The translations under genes and the position numbers were made by a program. The notes below the pieces were generated by a model. That model had not been told where the DNA came from. It made no database searches and was given only the letters and a program-made list of their open reading frames with translations. A stretch of DNA of 64,000 nt from an uncultured Rivularia sp. (GTDB lineage: Bacteria > Cyanobacteriota > Cyanobacteriia > Cyanobacteriales > Nostocaceae): NCBI GenBank assembly GCA_963665115.1, contig OY762007.1, positions 7,776,001 to 7,840,000 on the forward strand, in the 5' to 3' direction. Shown piece by piece: positions 53,271-63,566 of this stretch (positions are counted from its first letter, which is position 1; the number at the start of each line of letters is the position of its first letter).

Positions 53271-53415
53271 TTGAGCGAATACAGGAAAATTTCTCGAATA
53301 TTCCTTCAGTTTGTTACCTCAAGATTGCTTTGTCTTCCGTCGGGAGTCAGAAAAATTGAATTATTCACATCTTGCAGCAGTGTCAGAAACCCGGTTTCTT
53401 TAGACTTGTTGGGAA

Positions 53416-53518
53416 TAAGCTGATGTGCAGCTAAGTTGTATTTAAAAAAAATTGGAATTATTGTAGTGCGGGCCGAACAGCCCGCTAGTACTATACAAAT
53501 TAAGTGCGTAACAGCTTA
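53416..53518. mobile_element. MITE-like element, TAAGCTG...CAGCTTA family, copy 2
   Basis: TIRs as in 1737..1852; internal GTAGTGCGGGCCGAACAGCCCGCTA hairpin. Confidence 0.7.
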
Positions 53519-53793
53519 GTGCAAGATGCCAGGTTATAATCTTTCAAAATCTGAATTAACACTAATTATTTTTCTATCAATGATTTTCCGCATTAACAGT
53601 TTGACTTGTCGGAACAAAACATCAGGCGTACTACGGTAGCATAAGTATCATTCCGTACATAAAATGATATTTAGTGCAAGGATTTATTACGAATCGTAGT
53701 AAAACTGTGCTGTTTTGAGTTATTGCAATCGGGGAAACCATCTATCAAGCAATCTCAAACTAAAGTGATTTATTGATTATTGGTAGGAAAATA

Positions 53794-54366
53794 ATGAACA
53801 AGTTTATCAAAGCTCTGACAATTACTAGCGCAACTGCGATCGCAATGTTTACTGCATCTTTTCCTGCAAAAGCAGTAGTAGTGAATTGGAGTCTGAATGG
53901 TGTCACCTACGATGATGGGGGAATAGTTAGTGGAAGCTTTCAGTATGATGCTGACACCAAGGAAATAGGAAACTTCGATATTTTTGTTACTGATGGAAGT
54001 ACATTCTCAAGTTTTGATTATCAACTTGCTGGATTATTTGGTGGGTTTAATGGCACTGGTTTTAGTTTACGAAATTTCAGATCTAACAATAGATTTTTCC
54101 AATTAGCCTTCGATTCTCCGTTGACTAATGCAGGAGGAATAGTTTCATATGCTCCTAACACAAGTTTTGAGGCAACTTGTTTTGGGATGAATTGTTCTAC
54201 ACCTGTATTTCCTGCAAGATTAGTCAATGCAGGTACGTTCGTAGGTACGGTAGAAACTGAAAAAGTACCCGAACCTTTGACTATTATGGGTACTGTTTTA
54301 GCAGGGGGAATGGGAATTGCAATCAAGAAAAAGCGAGCTAAGAAGAATGTAGAATCAGGGATTTAA
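53794..54366 (+). CDS. PEP-CTERM sorting domain protein
   Basis: Signal peptide ending AKA; C-terminal VPEP + hydrophobic helix + KKKRAKK. Confidence 0.92.
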   Translation: MNKFIKALTITSATAIAMFTASFPAKAVVVNWSLNGVTYDDGGIVSGSFQYDADTKEIGNFDIFVTDGSTFSSFDYQLAGLFGGFNGTGFSLRNFRSNNRFFQLAFDSPLTNAGGIVSYAPNTSFEATCFGMNCSTPVFPARLVNAGTFVGTVETEKVPEPLTIMGTVLAGGMGIAIKKKRAKKNVESGI

Positions 54367-54423
54367 TACCGATCGTTCAACTTGCTCGCTTATTATTTTG
54401 GATTAAATAAATTTTAACAGTAA

Positions 54424-54458
54424 TCGGGTGAGGGTTGATTATAACTCCACCGGATTTT
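54424..54458 (+). terminator. Probable intrinsic terminator after the PEP-CTERM gene
   Basis: tcgggtgagggtt...aactccaccgga imperfect stem followed by TTTTT. Confidence 0.5.
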
Positions 54459-54500
54459 TGTTTATGATATTAGTTATTTAATAATTAAAATTAAAAACTC

Positions 54501-55040
54501 ATGAAAACAGTTGTAATTGGCGGAGTTTGCAGAACTGGGAAATCAAGGTTAGCAAATAAAGTTTTTCAAAACACTAAAGCAACGGTGTTTCATGGCGACC
54601 ATTTGATGAATATTTTATACAATAATTTTTCGGATTCGGTTAAAGGTAAGTTTCCGAAAGTATTAATAAAGCTGATAAGAAATATGGGTAAGGAGTTTAA
54701 CTATACGAGAATATTTGAATCTTGTCATATTGACCCAATTGTTGCTAAAAGTAAATTAAATTATCCCAGCTATATTTTTTTATTTTTAGGATATCCTCAA
54801 GTAAACGTTGAGAAAAAACTTCAAGAATTACGAGAATATGGAGCAAAGCATTCTGAATGTTGGACTAATCAACACGATGATGAATCTTTGATTTTACATA
54901 TTAAACATTTTGCTGAAATTAGCCGAGAGCAACAGTTGAAATGCCAGCAAGCGGAGATTCCATATTTCGATACTTCGGATAATTTTAATTCTGCTTGGAA
55001 TCAAGCTTATGATTATGTAATACAAAAATTAGGCTCGTAG
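54501..55040 (+). CDS. Small P-loop NTPase/kinase-like protein
   Basis: VVIGGVCRTGKS Walker A at the N-terminus. Confidence 0.7.
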   Translation: MKTVVIGGVCRTGKSRLANKVFQNTKATVFHGDHLMNILYNNFSDSVKGKFPKVLIKLIRNMGKEFNYTRIFESCHIDPIVAKSKLNYPSYIFLFLGYPQVNVEKKLQELREYGAKHSECWTNQHDDESLILHIKHFAEISREQQLKCQQAEIPYFDTSDNFNSAWNQAYDYVIQKLGS

Positions 55041-55115
55041 TAAGGACTTTAGTCCTTTATTGAGCGCTAAAGCGCAACTACGAACCTATTAACACAATTT
55101 TTCGATTACAAATGA

Positions 55116-56625
55116 CTAATTACTAAGAACTGACTCTAAGTTAAGAAAACCATTTGCAATCAAATAAGTTGCATAAGTGGTATATAATTCTGCATCAATT
55201 GGCGCACAAGATACACCGCTTCCTGCAAGTGCATTTAAAGTCTCGTCACAGCTAATAATTGGTCTATTTTCTGTTAGGTATAAGTCGGGAATGGTAAGTT
55301 GTCTTTCTGACCAACGTTCGAGTAAAAATGGACGCAGAGTGTATAAAGGATTTTCCTCTGATGTGACATCGTTAATTAACTTATCTTGCCATTCTTCGTA
55401 AGGAATCATCTTGATGGGAAATCCGAAAGAACTCAACCAGTCAACTAATGTGCTTAAAGGTGCGGGTTCTGGATGCTGGAGATGGAAAGCCTTACCGAGG
55501 GATTCTTCTTGTTTTGATAGATGTACAATAGCTTGACTTACATAGTCAACTGGTGACATATCTAACATATAATCCACGTCGGGAAAAGCTCCCATTTGCA
55601 AACAGCCTTTGGTCATTAAGTTTACAAAATCGTCGGTGTTGCCTACCCCAGTTTGGCTGTGTCCGGAAATTAAAGGTGGTCTGTAAATGGTGATGGGAAG
55701 TCCTCTTTGTCCGGCGATTTTAACTAGTTTTTCTGCTACCCATTTGGTTTGAGAATACCCGAGAAAAATCCCTTCCCAACGGTCAAAACTATCATCTTCT
55801 TTGACTACTTTTCCTGCGTATTCAGGTGATTCAAATACCGCGACGCTGGAGACGTAATTTAAGGGTTTAACTTTGATTTTACAAGCTAAACGGATGATTT
55901 CTTGGGTTCCTAATACGTTAGCTGTTTTTAACGCTGAGTAGGGAAATACGTAATTGAGCATTGCAGCACTGTGATAAATGGCATCTATATTAGTTGCCAA
56001 CATATCAAATGCTTCAGTGCTTATACCTAATTGCGGTTGAGATAGATCGCCAACTATTGGGATAATTCGAGGGACTGGATTCTTCATCCCAAATCCCATA
56101 AGATTCTAAGTTCTTTTTCAGCTTTTCTTTACCTGCTTCCGCATCTGCTGCACGTACCAAGCAGTAAATATCTGCATCGGTTTGCTGTAAAAGTTCGTGA
56201 ATTACAAATGCTCCTAAAAAGCCGCTACCCCCAGTTAAGAAGATATTTTGAGGATTGGGATTGAATTTATAAGAGGTTGAAGCAGGGCGGATGGTTTCAT
56301 CTAGAACGGCTTCTGCTGCTAAGTTAGGAGTATTGGTAGTATCAACAAGCGATTTATCCTGTTGAGATTCTTGCGCTTCCTCGGCTAAACGTGCCGAAAG
56401 TGCTTCAATTGTCGGATAGTGCCAAAGCAACATTGGGGACAATTCAAATCCCAACATTTTCTGTGCTTTGGTAACAATTACCATTGCTTGAGTAGAGTCT
56501 AAACCGTAAGTATCTAAAGGTTGAGTTACGTCGATTTCTTCGGCTTCCATGTTGAGGATTTCAGCCAAATTAGTTAAAAACCAAGTTTGAATTTCTGTAG
56601 CGTTCATAGTTTGTTTTGTAGTCAT
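55116..56625 (-). CDS. hglB: Heterocyst glycolipid ACP + thioester reductase (split by +1 base at 56071-56073)
   Basis: [31 protein letters not shown]; follows the PfaD-type ER. Confidence 0.9.
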
Positions 56626-56791
56626 TTAATTTAGATATATTTGGATTTACGATTATGCAGTTTGTTTTGAAGAGATTTGGAGAAAAAAACCGCAGAGAGC
56701 GCAGAGAGCGCAGAGGAAAGAAATGAAGATAGATAGGAGATTCTGGAGAGAAATAAGAGTAAGATTTATTTTCAATCCAAAATCTAAAATT

Positions 56792-58435
56792 CTAAGATGT
56801 AATTTTAATTGGCTGATATTGAGAATAGAAATTATCTATTTGCAAACCTTGCATTTTTAAACTTTGAATGCGGTATAAATAAGAAGTTCCCTTCATTATT
56901 TGGTTTGCAACATCAACTACCTGACGATTATTTGGTTCTGATAAATAAGAACCGCGTACCCAATCGTTGAAGCTGCCCATCGCGGGGCCGCACCATACTT
57001 GATAATCAACTTCTCTACCTTTTTCACCGGAATTAGACCACCTGGAAGATAATCCTAAATACCAGCGGAAAATCAGCGCCATTTTATATTTTGGATTGTT
57101 AGCGGCTTTGGTAAGTTTCTGAGGATTACTTTTGGTTTGATAAGCAACGGTTTCTTGCCAAACTTCTTCGATACTTTGACGAAAGACCTGTTTTTCTAAC
57201 TTTGTTTTTTCTGCTGGTGGAAGTTCGTCGAGAGAGTTATAATTTCGGTAGATTTCGTATAGTTTTTGTGCTTTCAGGGGAAACATAGTTCCGCGTTTGA
57301 GAACCTGTAGTTTTACTCCCATTTCAAACATATCAGCGGCTGGTGCCATCATCACGTCGGCCATGTCAGCTTGTGCTAATAGCTTTTTAGTATGTATAGA
57401 AGTTCCTGCTTCTATACAAGATTGATTTATTGAACCAGTAACTACATATGCAGCACCCATCATAAAGGCTGCTAAAGCTGATTGAGGAGTTGCAATTCCT
57501 CCTGCTACTCCAACTCGGATGGGTTTTTCGTAATTATATTTAGACTGTATTTCGTCTTTTAAAGCAATTATAGAAGGTAGCACGCAAACCAAAGGACGAT
57601 TATCTGTATGACCGCCAGAATCTGCTTCTACGGTAATATCATCTGCGATCGGAATTTGTGCTGCAAGGGTTGCTTGTAATTCGGTAATTAACCCTTTTTC
57701 AACCAGTTCCTTAAGCATTTTTAAGGGGGCTGGCTGCATAAATTTACTCGCAACTTCCCGACGAGAAATTTTAGCAATGACCTTATTATTAATTTGAATT
57801 TGGTTAGCTGAATTTAAACTCAATCCAGCCGCACGATAGTAAACAATATTAGGAGTTAAATCTAAAAATGCCGAAGCTTCTACAGTTTCTACTCCATATT
57901 TTAGATATAAATCTACAGCGCCTCTTTCTATTTCGGGGTCGTTAGGACTATGAATTAAATTAAATGCATAAGGACCATTAGGCAAAGATGTTTGAATTAC
58001 TTTAATCGCTTCTTCTAAACGAGTTAAACTCAAACCGCCCGCACCAAAAGAACTCAAAATATTCTCTTTACCCAGGGCTATTATCATTTCTTCGGAGGCT
58101 ATACCCCCAGCCATTGCACCAGTTGTATAAGCATATTTAACATTATGAAAATTGAGGAAATTGGGGTCGCCGAAGCTTTGAGTAAAAACAGGTGGAGCTG
58201 CAATTAATAATTCTATTTCGGCTGGTTGACTGTTATCCAGGGGACAATAGCCGTAATTAGTTGCTCCAATTCTGTCTCCGACTTTAACTATATAGCAAGG
58301 TTTATCAGTTTCGAGCAATTGTTCTTTGATTCCTTCTGGATCGAAGGAAATACAGCTTACTGAACCTTTCCAAGTTCGATTTTTAGTCGCAATAGCCCCA
58401 TGAAATAGAAGTCCGTTGTTTTCTTTATTTAGCAC
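56792..58435 (-). CDS. hglA: PfaD-type enoyl reductase of the hgl cluster
   Basis: GAMAGGIAS, VEASAF, EADSGGHTD, MAPAADMFEMGVKLQVLKRG, YQVWCGPAMG. Confidence 0.92.
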   Translation of the reverse strand: MLNKENNGLLFHGAIATKNRTWKGSVSCISFDPEGIKEQLLETDKPCYIVKVGDRIGATNYGYCPLDNSQPAEIELLIAAPPVFTQSFGDPNFLNFHNVKYAYTTGAMAGGIASEEMIIALGKENILSSFGAGGLSLTRLEEAIKVIQTSLPNGPYAFNLIHSPNDPEIERGAVDLYLKYGVETVEASAFLDLTPNIVYYRAAGLSLNSANQIQINNKVIAKISRREVASKFMQPAPLKMLKELVEKGLITELQATLAAQIPIADDITVEADSGGHTDNRPLVCVLPSIIALKDEIQSKYNYEKPIRVGVAGGIATPQSALAAFMMGAAYVVTGSINQSCIEAGTSIHTKKLLAQADMADVMMAPAADMFEMGVKLQVLKRGTMFPLKAQKLYEIYRNYNSLDELPPAEKTKLEKQVFRQSIEEVWQETVAYQTKSNPQKLTKAANNPKYKMALIFRWYLGLSSRWSNSGEKGREVDYQVWCGPAMGSFNDWVRGSYLSEPNNRQVVDVANQIMKGTSYLYRIQSLKMQGLQIDNFYSQYQPIKITS

Positions 58436-58579
58436 GTTTTTTCAATTATCAATGAACAATTATTGATGAGCAGTTAACAGTGAGCAGCGAACAGTTTTAA
58501 TTATTAGCTTGACAAAGGTTCGTAGTCAGGGCTTTAGCCCTTAACATAAAATATAAAGTCCTGACTACGAATATAATTG

Positions 58580-61500
58580 TTAATTGTCGAACAAATTTTC
58601 GGCGCAAGCGATTTGCAATTGAATAATTTCGCTTAGCTGTTGGCTAAAATCTTGGCGCGATTTCAAGAATGTGGAGTGGGTTTTATGAACCATTAAATTG
58701 TTGGTGTTGACTTGTTGATATTGAGGTTTTCTATAATTAGTCACGTTTTGAGTTGATGCTAATTTTTTGGTTGTGGTAGATGCAATATATGAAGTAGTTT
58801 TCGCCGGATTTGATGACGCTGTTTTTTCTATATTGATATTGGGTACGGCGATTTTCATAGGACTTACTTCTGGTTTTTTCGATGCTGTTGCGGGGATGTT
58901 TGGTTTTGTTTGTGGTTGAGATGTAGGAGTAGTTTTCGCCGCTGCTTTTACTTTTACAGGTTGAGGTTTTGACGGTTCTTTTTGTGCTGGTTTTATCTTT
59001 TCAATTGGCTTTTGACTAACTTCTGTTTCTTGGAACAGCTTTCTATTCTCTGCTGTTAAAATACTTGCAGTAAAATTATGACCGCCTAATGTAACTTTTC
59101 TCTGACTAAGTTTGGCTTTTTTACTGGTTTCTTCAACTGTCGAATACAGCGGCGATAAATCTAAGGAAACTTGGTGACTCGTTAGTTTTGCTAATGCTTT
59201 GATAATGCTACTATGGTCGTCTAAGCCTCTACGATTAAGAGAAATTGTCATGTGTTCTTTATCGCTTAAATTTTTATCAATCCATCGAGAACAAACGTTT
59301 CCAGCACCTGTTTCAATAAATATTTTCGCACCATCGCTATAAACTTGGTTAACCAGTCGAGGAAAATCAAGTTCTTTACAAAGCCCTGTAGCGATACCTT
59401 CAGCAATGGCTTTACTTTCTAATTCTATTGGCGCATATTTTGCAGCGGAATAAAGTATTAGATTTTGCTGATTTTCTTGAATTGGTAAAGTGTTGACGTT
59501 GGCAATTTCTTCATGTTCGGAAGCCATCGCTTCGCAGTGAATTACATGATCGAAAGGGGCACGGAATGCATTACAACCTATTTTTTTTATAACTTGTTCG
59601 CAGGCTGCTGGCTCACCGGCAATTACTACTTCTTCTGGTGTATTGATTTGAGTCAGGTAAACGCGGTTCTCTGCTGCTATACTTTCCCTAACTTGGGATG
59701 GTGTGGCTATAAGAACGTAATTACACCAGAAATTATTGTCGGGCGATCGCTCTTCTGATGGTAGCTGCCAAAATTCTCTGACGCAGTTTTTCGCACCCGA
59801 TAATCTGTCTCCGAATAAGGTACTGGTGTTTAAAGCGTTGCTCATCTGACCAAATTGATTCCATATCCCGATAGCAGACATCATACTAACTTCACCCAAG
59901 CTGTAACCAAAAGCAAATTTGGGTTTTACTTGGAAGTTATCTTGAAGTACTTTAGACAACAGTCTGGCAACGACTATTTCGTTTTCAAACATTGCCGATG
60001 AATCATCTAGCAGTTGCTTTTCTAATCCTTCTAACTGTCTGGAGGATAGTTTATTCAAGCTGCGAGGATATACTAATTTCTCGACGTGACTGACACGACT
60101 ATCTAAGTTTTGCAGGATGATATCGTCGTGAACTTGGGGAAATAGACGGAAGAGATTTTTACCGATACCGAGATAGGAATTAACCGCAGCAGGATAGATA
60201 AATGCAACTTCTCCTTTTTTACCCAACGGTTTTGCTGTAAAATAACTGCCTAGTGGAGTTTGCCACTCTTCACCTCGATCAAATGCGTTATTAACACCTT
60301 TGATGGCTGCTTTTATTTCTCTAGCTAATTCTTTGGGATTACGCGCCAAAATTACTAAAGTATAGTCTTGTTGACTGCGTTTTTGGTAATCGGCAAAAGT
60401 CATTTTAGCAGCTGCGGGAAGAGAAGTTCCCTCATTTACTACATTTTGTAAGTTGTCAACTTGCTGTAGTAAACCTTCGCGATTATTACCGGCGATCGCA
60501 AACAGTTGGAGAGGCATTTGCTGCAAAAATCTGCTGCTGCGGTCTTGTTTGTTTGGTTCTTCAGATATTATTAAGTGAGCGTAAGTTCCATCTATACCCA
60601 TACTGTTGATGGCTGCCGTTCTTTTCTCGGTGTCTGGATTAAGAAACCAAGGCCTCGATTCCGGAACAACATAAAAAGAACTGTTTTCCCACTTTTGAAT
60701 ATCTTTCACACCAGTCCATTTTGGAGTTGCAGGAAGATATCTATAATAAAGACACAAAGCTGTTTTAATTAAACTAGCAATTCCCGAAGCAACATAGGTG
60801 TGACCAATATTAGCTTTAACGCTGCCGATCGCACAGCTTAATTTGTTTGCACCGCTTGGATAAGCCCGAAGTAATCCGTCAATTTCTGCTTCGTCTTCTT
60901 GGGAAATGCCACTACCAAAAACTTCCAGATAACTAATATCTTTATGTTTGATTTCTGCCGTCTCGAAAGCTTGCTGACAAGCATCTTCAACGGTGTTGGC
61001 ATCCGTGGAACCCAAACGACTTTGCAAATCATTACTGGCAGCATTTTTTTGCTTGAAACTAACTGCATCAATTACCGCGTAGATGCACTCGTTTTCCTGT
61101 TTTGCTAGTTGATGTCGCTTTAATACTACTGCACCCGCACCTTCCCCAATCGCCCAGCCATTAGCTTCTTGGTCATAGGAAAGAGTATTTACACCTGTAT
61201 TAACTGTTGATAATTCGTTTCTTAATAAAACGTTTTCCATACCGCCAGCTAAATCCACGGCACCCACTAATACGGCATCTGCTTCCCCAGTAGTTAATAA
61301 ATGTTGCGCTACTTCTAACACTTTAAATGTGGAGTTTTCGCCAGCGGAAATTGTCAATGCGGGAGCAGTAAAATTCCACAGCGAGGAAATACGACTCGCC
61401 ATAATATTAGTGATGTAGCTGACAAACTCGCTGCTATCGGCTGGTTTGGGATGAATTCCGTCTTTAACTATTGTTTCTAACTTCGACAGTTGATCGGAAG

Positions 61501-63343
61501 ATAAAGATATTGCGCTAGCATTTAATCCTTCTTTAATTTCCCAGTCCAAATTCCATCTTTGCTGAAGTTGATGAACGGAAAACTCGGCTTCTGTAGCGAT
61601 TAAAACTGCTACATTATCCCCTTCTTTTACATCTGCATCTTTCAAAGCGCGTTCGGCTACTTTGAGCATCAACAGTTGTTGTTTGTTGAGATTTTCTAAC
61701 TCATTGGGAGGAATTTTACTCGATACGGTATCAATGATAAAGTCGCTGATATAAGCTCCCGTAGGTGCTTTTCCGTCGGGTAAATTATATTTTTCTAGCA
61801 ATTCTGTTTTATTTTCTACACCGTGCCATCTTTGTTCGGGTAAGGGAATAAAATGTTGTTTACCTTGATAAATACTGCTTTCAAAAGCATCCAATCCATC
61901 ACAACCGCCGAAAAAGGCATCCATTCCCACAATCGCCATTTTAGCGAGTTTGAAAGGTTGGCTAGATTCTTCAGATGTGGTGTTTTTATTTTGTTCTAAA
62001 ATTAAATGAGCGTTGGTTCCACCCAAGCCAAAAGCACTAACTCCGGCGCGTTTTATAGAACCGCTTTTTGAGTGCCAGTTGGTAGGACTAGTTACAATTC
62101 TGCTCGGTGAAATTACGTTATCTTCCGAACCAATGGGGTCTGTAATATTAATAGTCGTAGGAATAATACCCTTGCTCATGCTCAAGAGTACTTTAATCAG
62201 ACTAGCGCTAGCAGCACCAGTCAGCAAATGTCCGATATTAGATTTTACCGAACCCGTAAAGGGAGTTGCTTGATATTTACCAAAGAAAGTTTCGATAGAA
62301 TTAAACTCGGTACTGTCTCCTAATAAAGTCCCTGTAGCATGACACTCCATATAGTCGAGAACTTTCGGATTAATATCAGCTTCCGAATAAGCCTTTTCAA
62401 AAGCTAAAGTTTGTCCTTTGGGGTTGGGGCTGAGTAAATGTTTACCCCTGCCATCATTGGAAAGTCCATTACCAGTTATTGAAGCGTAAATGCGATCGCC
62501 ATCTTTAACAGCATCGCTATAGCGTTTGAGAACAAGCATTCCCACGCCTTCGGAGGTAACTAATCCCCTGGAGGATTTATCTAAGGGACGGCTAATATCG
62601 TTGTTTTCTGGATAACCTTGAATCCCGGAAAAAAGCATCCTGATAAAAATCGGATCGGCACAACTGATACCACCCGCCAACATCAAGTCAGCTTTGTGCG
62701 TCCATAGGTAATGAGACGCTAATCTAGCAGCGTATAAAGGTGAAGAACAAGCAGCATCCAGGCAAAAATGGATGTGAGATAAAGATAAAGCTTGAGAAAT
62801 AATAGCGGCAGGTAAACCCGATATCATACCGTTATAAAATGATGTCTCCTCGGAATTGGGTAAACTTGCGGCAGCAAAATCCTCTTGCTGCAAAAGTTCA
62901 CCAATTGCAGGATTTAACACCTGTTGATAGAGCGGTTCAAATAATTGGTTTGATGATTTCGTAGGTAGCGAGAGTGTGCCCAACAGTACTCCACATTTGG
63001 AAAGAACAGACTTGTCTTCCAAATAACCACTATTTTGTAATGCTTGCTTTGCAGCATAAAGCGACCATTTAAAGGTGTCATCTAGATTTTGTAGCAACGA
63101 AGAGGGAAGATTGTATCCCGATGCATCAAACTTAAAATTACGTACAAATCCTCCTTGCAAGGAGTAAACTTTATCTGGTTTTCCTTTTACCGGATCGTAA
63201 AATATTGTTGGCTCTATACCAATCTCATCAATACTCAATTCGGAAGTAGAATCCTTTTGTTCAATTAAATTATGCCAAAACTCTTCAGCGTTTTTAGCAT
63301 CGGGGAATAAACATGAGAACCCAACGATCGCGATTTTTTCCAT
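58580..63343 (-). CDS. KS-CLF-AT polyketide synthase equivalent to a HglD-HglC fusion
   Basis: KS1 DAACSS/ECHATGT/GHLL; second KS lacks Cys (SAGENS); AT GYSLG; K/P/T-rich linker near the C-terminus. Confidence 0.88.
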   Translation of the reverse strand: MEKIAIVGFSCLFPDAKNAEEFWHNLIEQKDSTSELSIDEIGIEPTIFYDPVKGKPDKVYSLQGGFVRNFKFDASGYNLPSSLLQNLDDTFKWSLYAAKQALQNSGYLEDKSVLSKCGVLLGTLSLPTKSSNQLFEPLYQQVLNPAIGELLQQEDFAAASLPNSEETSFYNGMISGLPAAIISQALSLSHIHFCLDAACSSPLYAARLASHYLWTHKADLMLAGGISCADPIFIRMLFSGIQGYPENNDISRPLDKSSRGLVTSEGVGMLVLKRYSDAVKDGDRIYASITGNGLSNDGRGKHLLSPNPKGQTLAFEKAYSEADINPKVLDYMECHATGTLLGDSTEFNSIETFFGKYQATPFTGSVKSNIGHLLTGAASASLIKVLLSMSKGIIPTTINITDPIGSEDNVISPSRIVTSPTNWHSKSGSIKRAGVSAFGLGGTNAHLILEQNKNTTSEESSQPFKLAKMAIVGMDAFFGGCDGLDAFESSIYQGKQHFIPLPEQRWHGVENKTELLEKYNLPDGKAPTGAYISDFIIDTVSSKIPPNELENLNKQQLLMLKVAERALKDADVKEGDNVAVLIATEAEFSVHQLQQRWNLDWEIKEGLNASAISLSSDQLSKLETIVKDGIHPKPADSSEFVSYITNIMASRISSLWNFTAPALTISAGENSTFKVLEVAQHLLTTGEADAVLVGAVDLAGGMENVLLRNELSTVNTGVNTLSYDQEANGWAIGEGAGAVVLKRHQLAKQENECIYAVIDAVSFKQKNAASNDLQSRLGSTDANTVEDACQQAFETAEIKHKDISYLEVFGSGISQEDEAEIDGLLRAYPSGANKLSCAIGSVKANIGHTYVASGIASLIKTALCLYYRYLPATPKWTGVKDIQKWENSSFYVVPESRPWFLNPDTEKRTAAINSMGIDGTYAHLIISEEPNKQDRSSRFLQQMPLQLFAIAGNNREGLLQQVDNLQNVVNEGTSLPAAAKMTFADYQKRSQQDYTLVILARNPKELAREIKAAIKGVNNAFDRGEEWQTPLGSYFTAKPLGKKGEVAFIYPAAVNSYLGIGKNLFRLFPQVHDDIILQNLDSRVSHVEKLVYPRSLNKLSSRQLEGLEKQLLDDSSAMFENEIVVARLLSKVLQDNFQVKPKFAFGYSLGEVSMMSAIGIWNQFGQMSNALNTSTLFGDRLSGAKNCVREFWQLPSEERSPDNNFWCNYVLIATPSQVRESIAAENRVYLTQINTPEEVVIAGEPAACEQVIKKIGCNAFRAPFDHVIHCEAMASEHEEIANVNTLPIQENQQNLILYSAAKYAPIELESKAIAEGIATGLCKELDFPRLVNQVYSDGAKIFIETGAGNVCSRWIDKNLSDKEHMTISLNRRGLDDHSSIIKALAKLTSHQVSLDLSPLYSTVEETSKKAKLSQRKVTLGGHNFTASILTAENRKLFQETEVSQKPIEKIKPAQKEPSKPQPVKVKAAAKTTPTSQPQTKPNIPATASKKPEVSPMKIAVPNINIEKTASSNPAKTTSYIASTTTKKLASTQNVTNYRKPQYQQVNTNNLMVHKTHSTFLKSRQDFSQQLSEIIQLQIACAENLFDN

Positions 63344-63406
63344 ACTGTTATTCAGTTATCAGTTATCAGTGAACAGTTATCAATTAATTAAAGGAACGGG
63401 GGGATG

Positions 63407-63467
63407 GGGAGACAAGGAGACAAGGAGATGGGGAGACAAGGAGACAAGGAGACAAGGAGATGGGGAG
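63407..63467. repeat. Octamer array (GGAGACAA/GGAGATGG)n followed by heptamer STRRs to 63562
   Basis: Tandem units read directly; same octamer at 39871-39890. Confidence 0.85.
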
Positions 63468-63566
63468 AAGAATAATTACCAATTACCAATTACCAATCCC
63501 CCATGCCCAATGCCCAATGCCCAATGCCCAATTCCCAATCCCCAACTATCAACTATCAACTAACCA

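Noticed and set aside
53580..53710. Repeated CGTA/TACG half-sites upstream of the PEP-CTERM gene
   Set aside because: Too degenerate to define a motif from one locus.
56792..63343. PUFA synthase (pfa) cluster
   Set aside because: The terminal ACP-thioester reductase and the gene order match hgl glycolipid synthesis instead.
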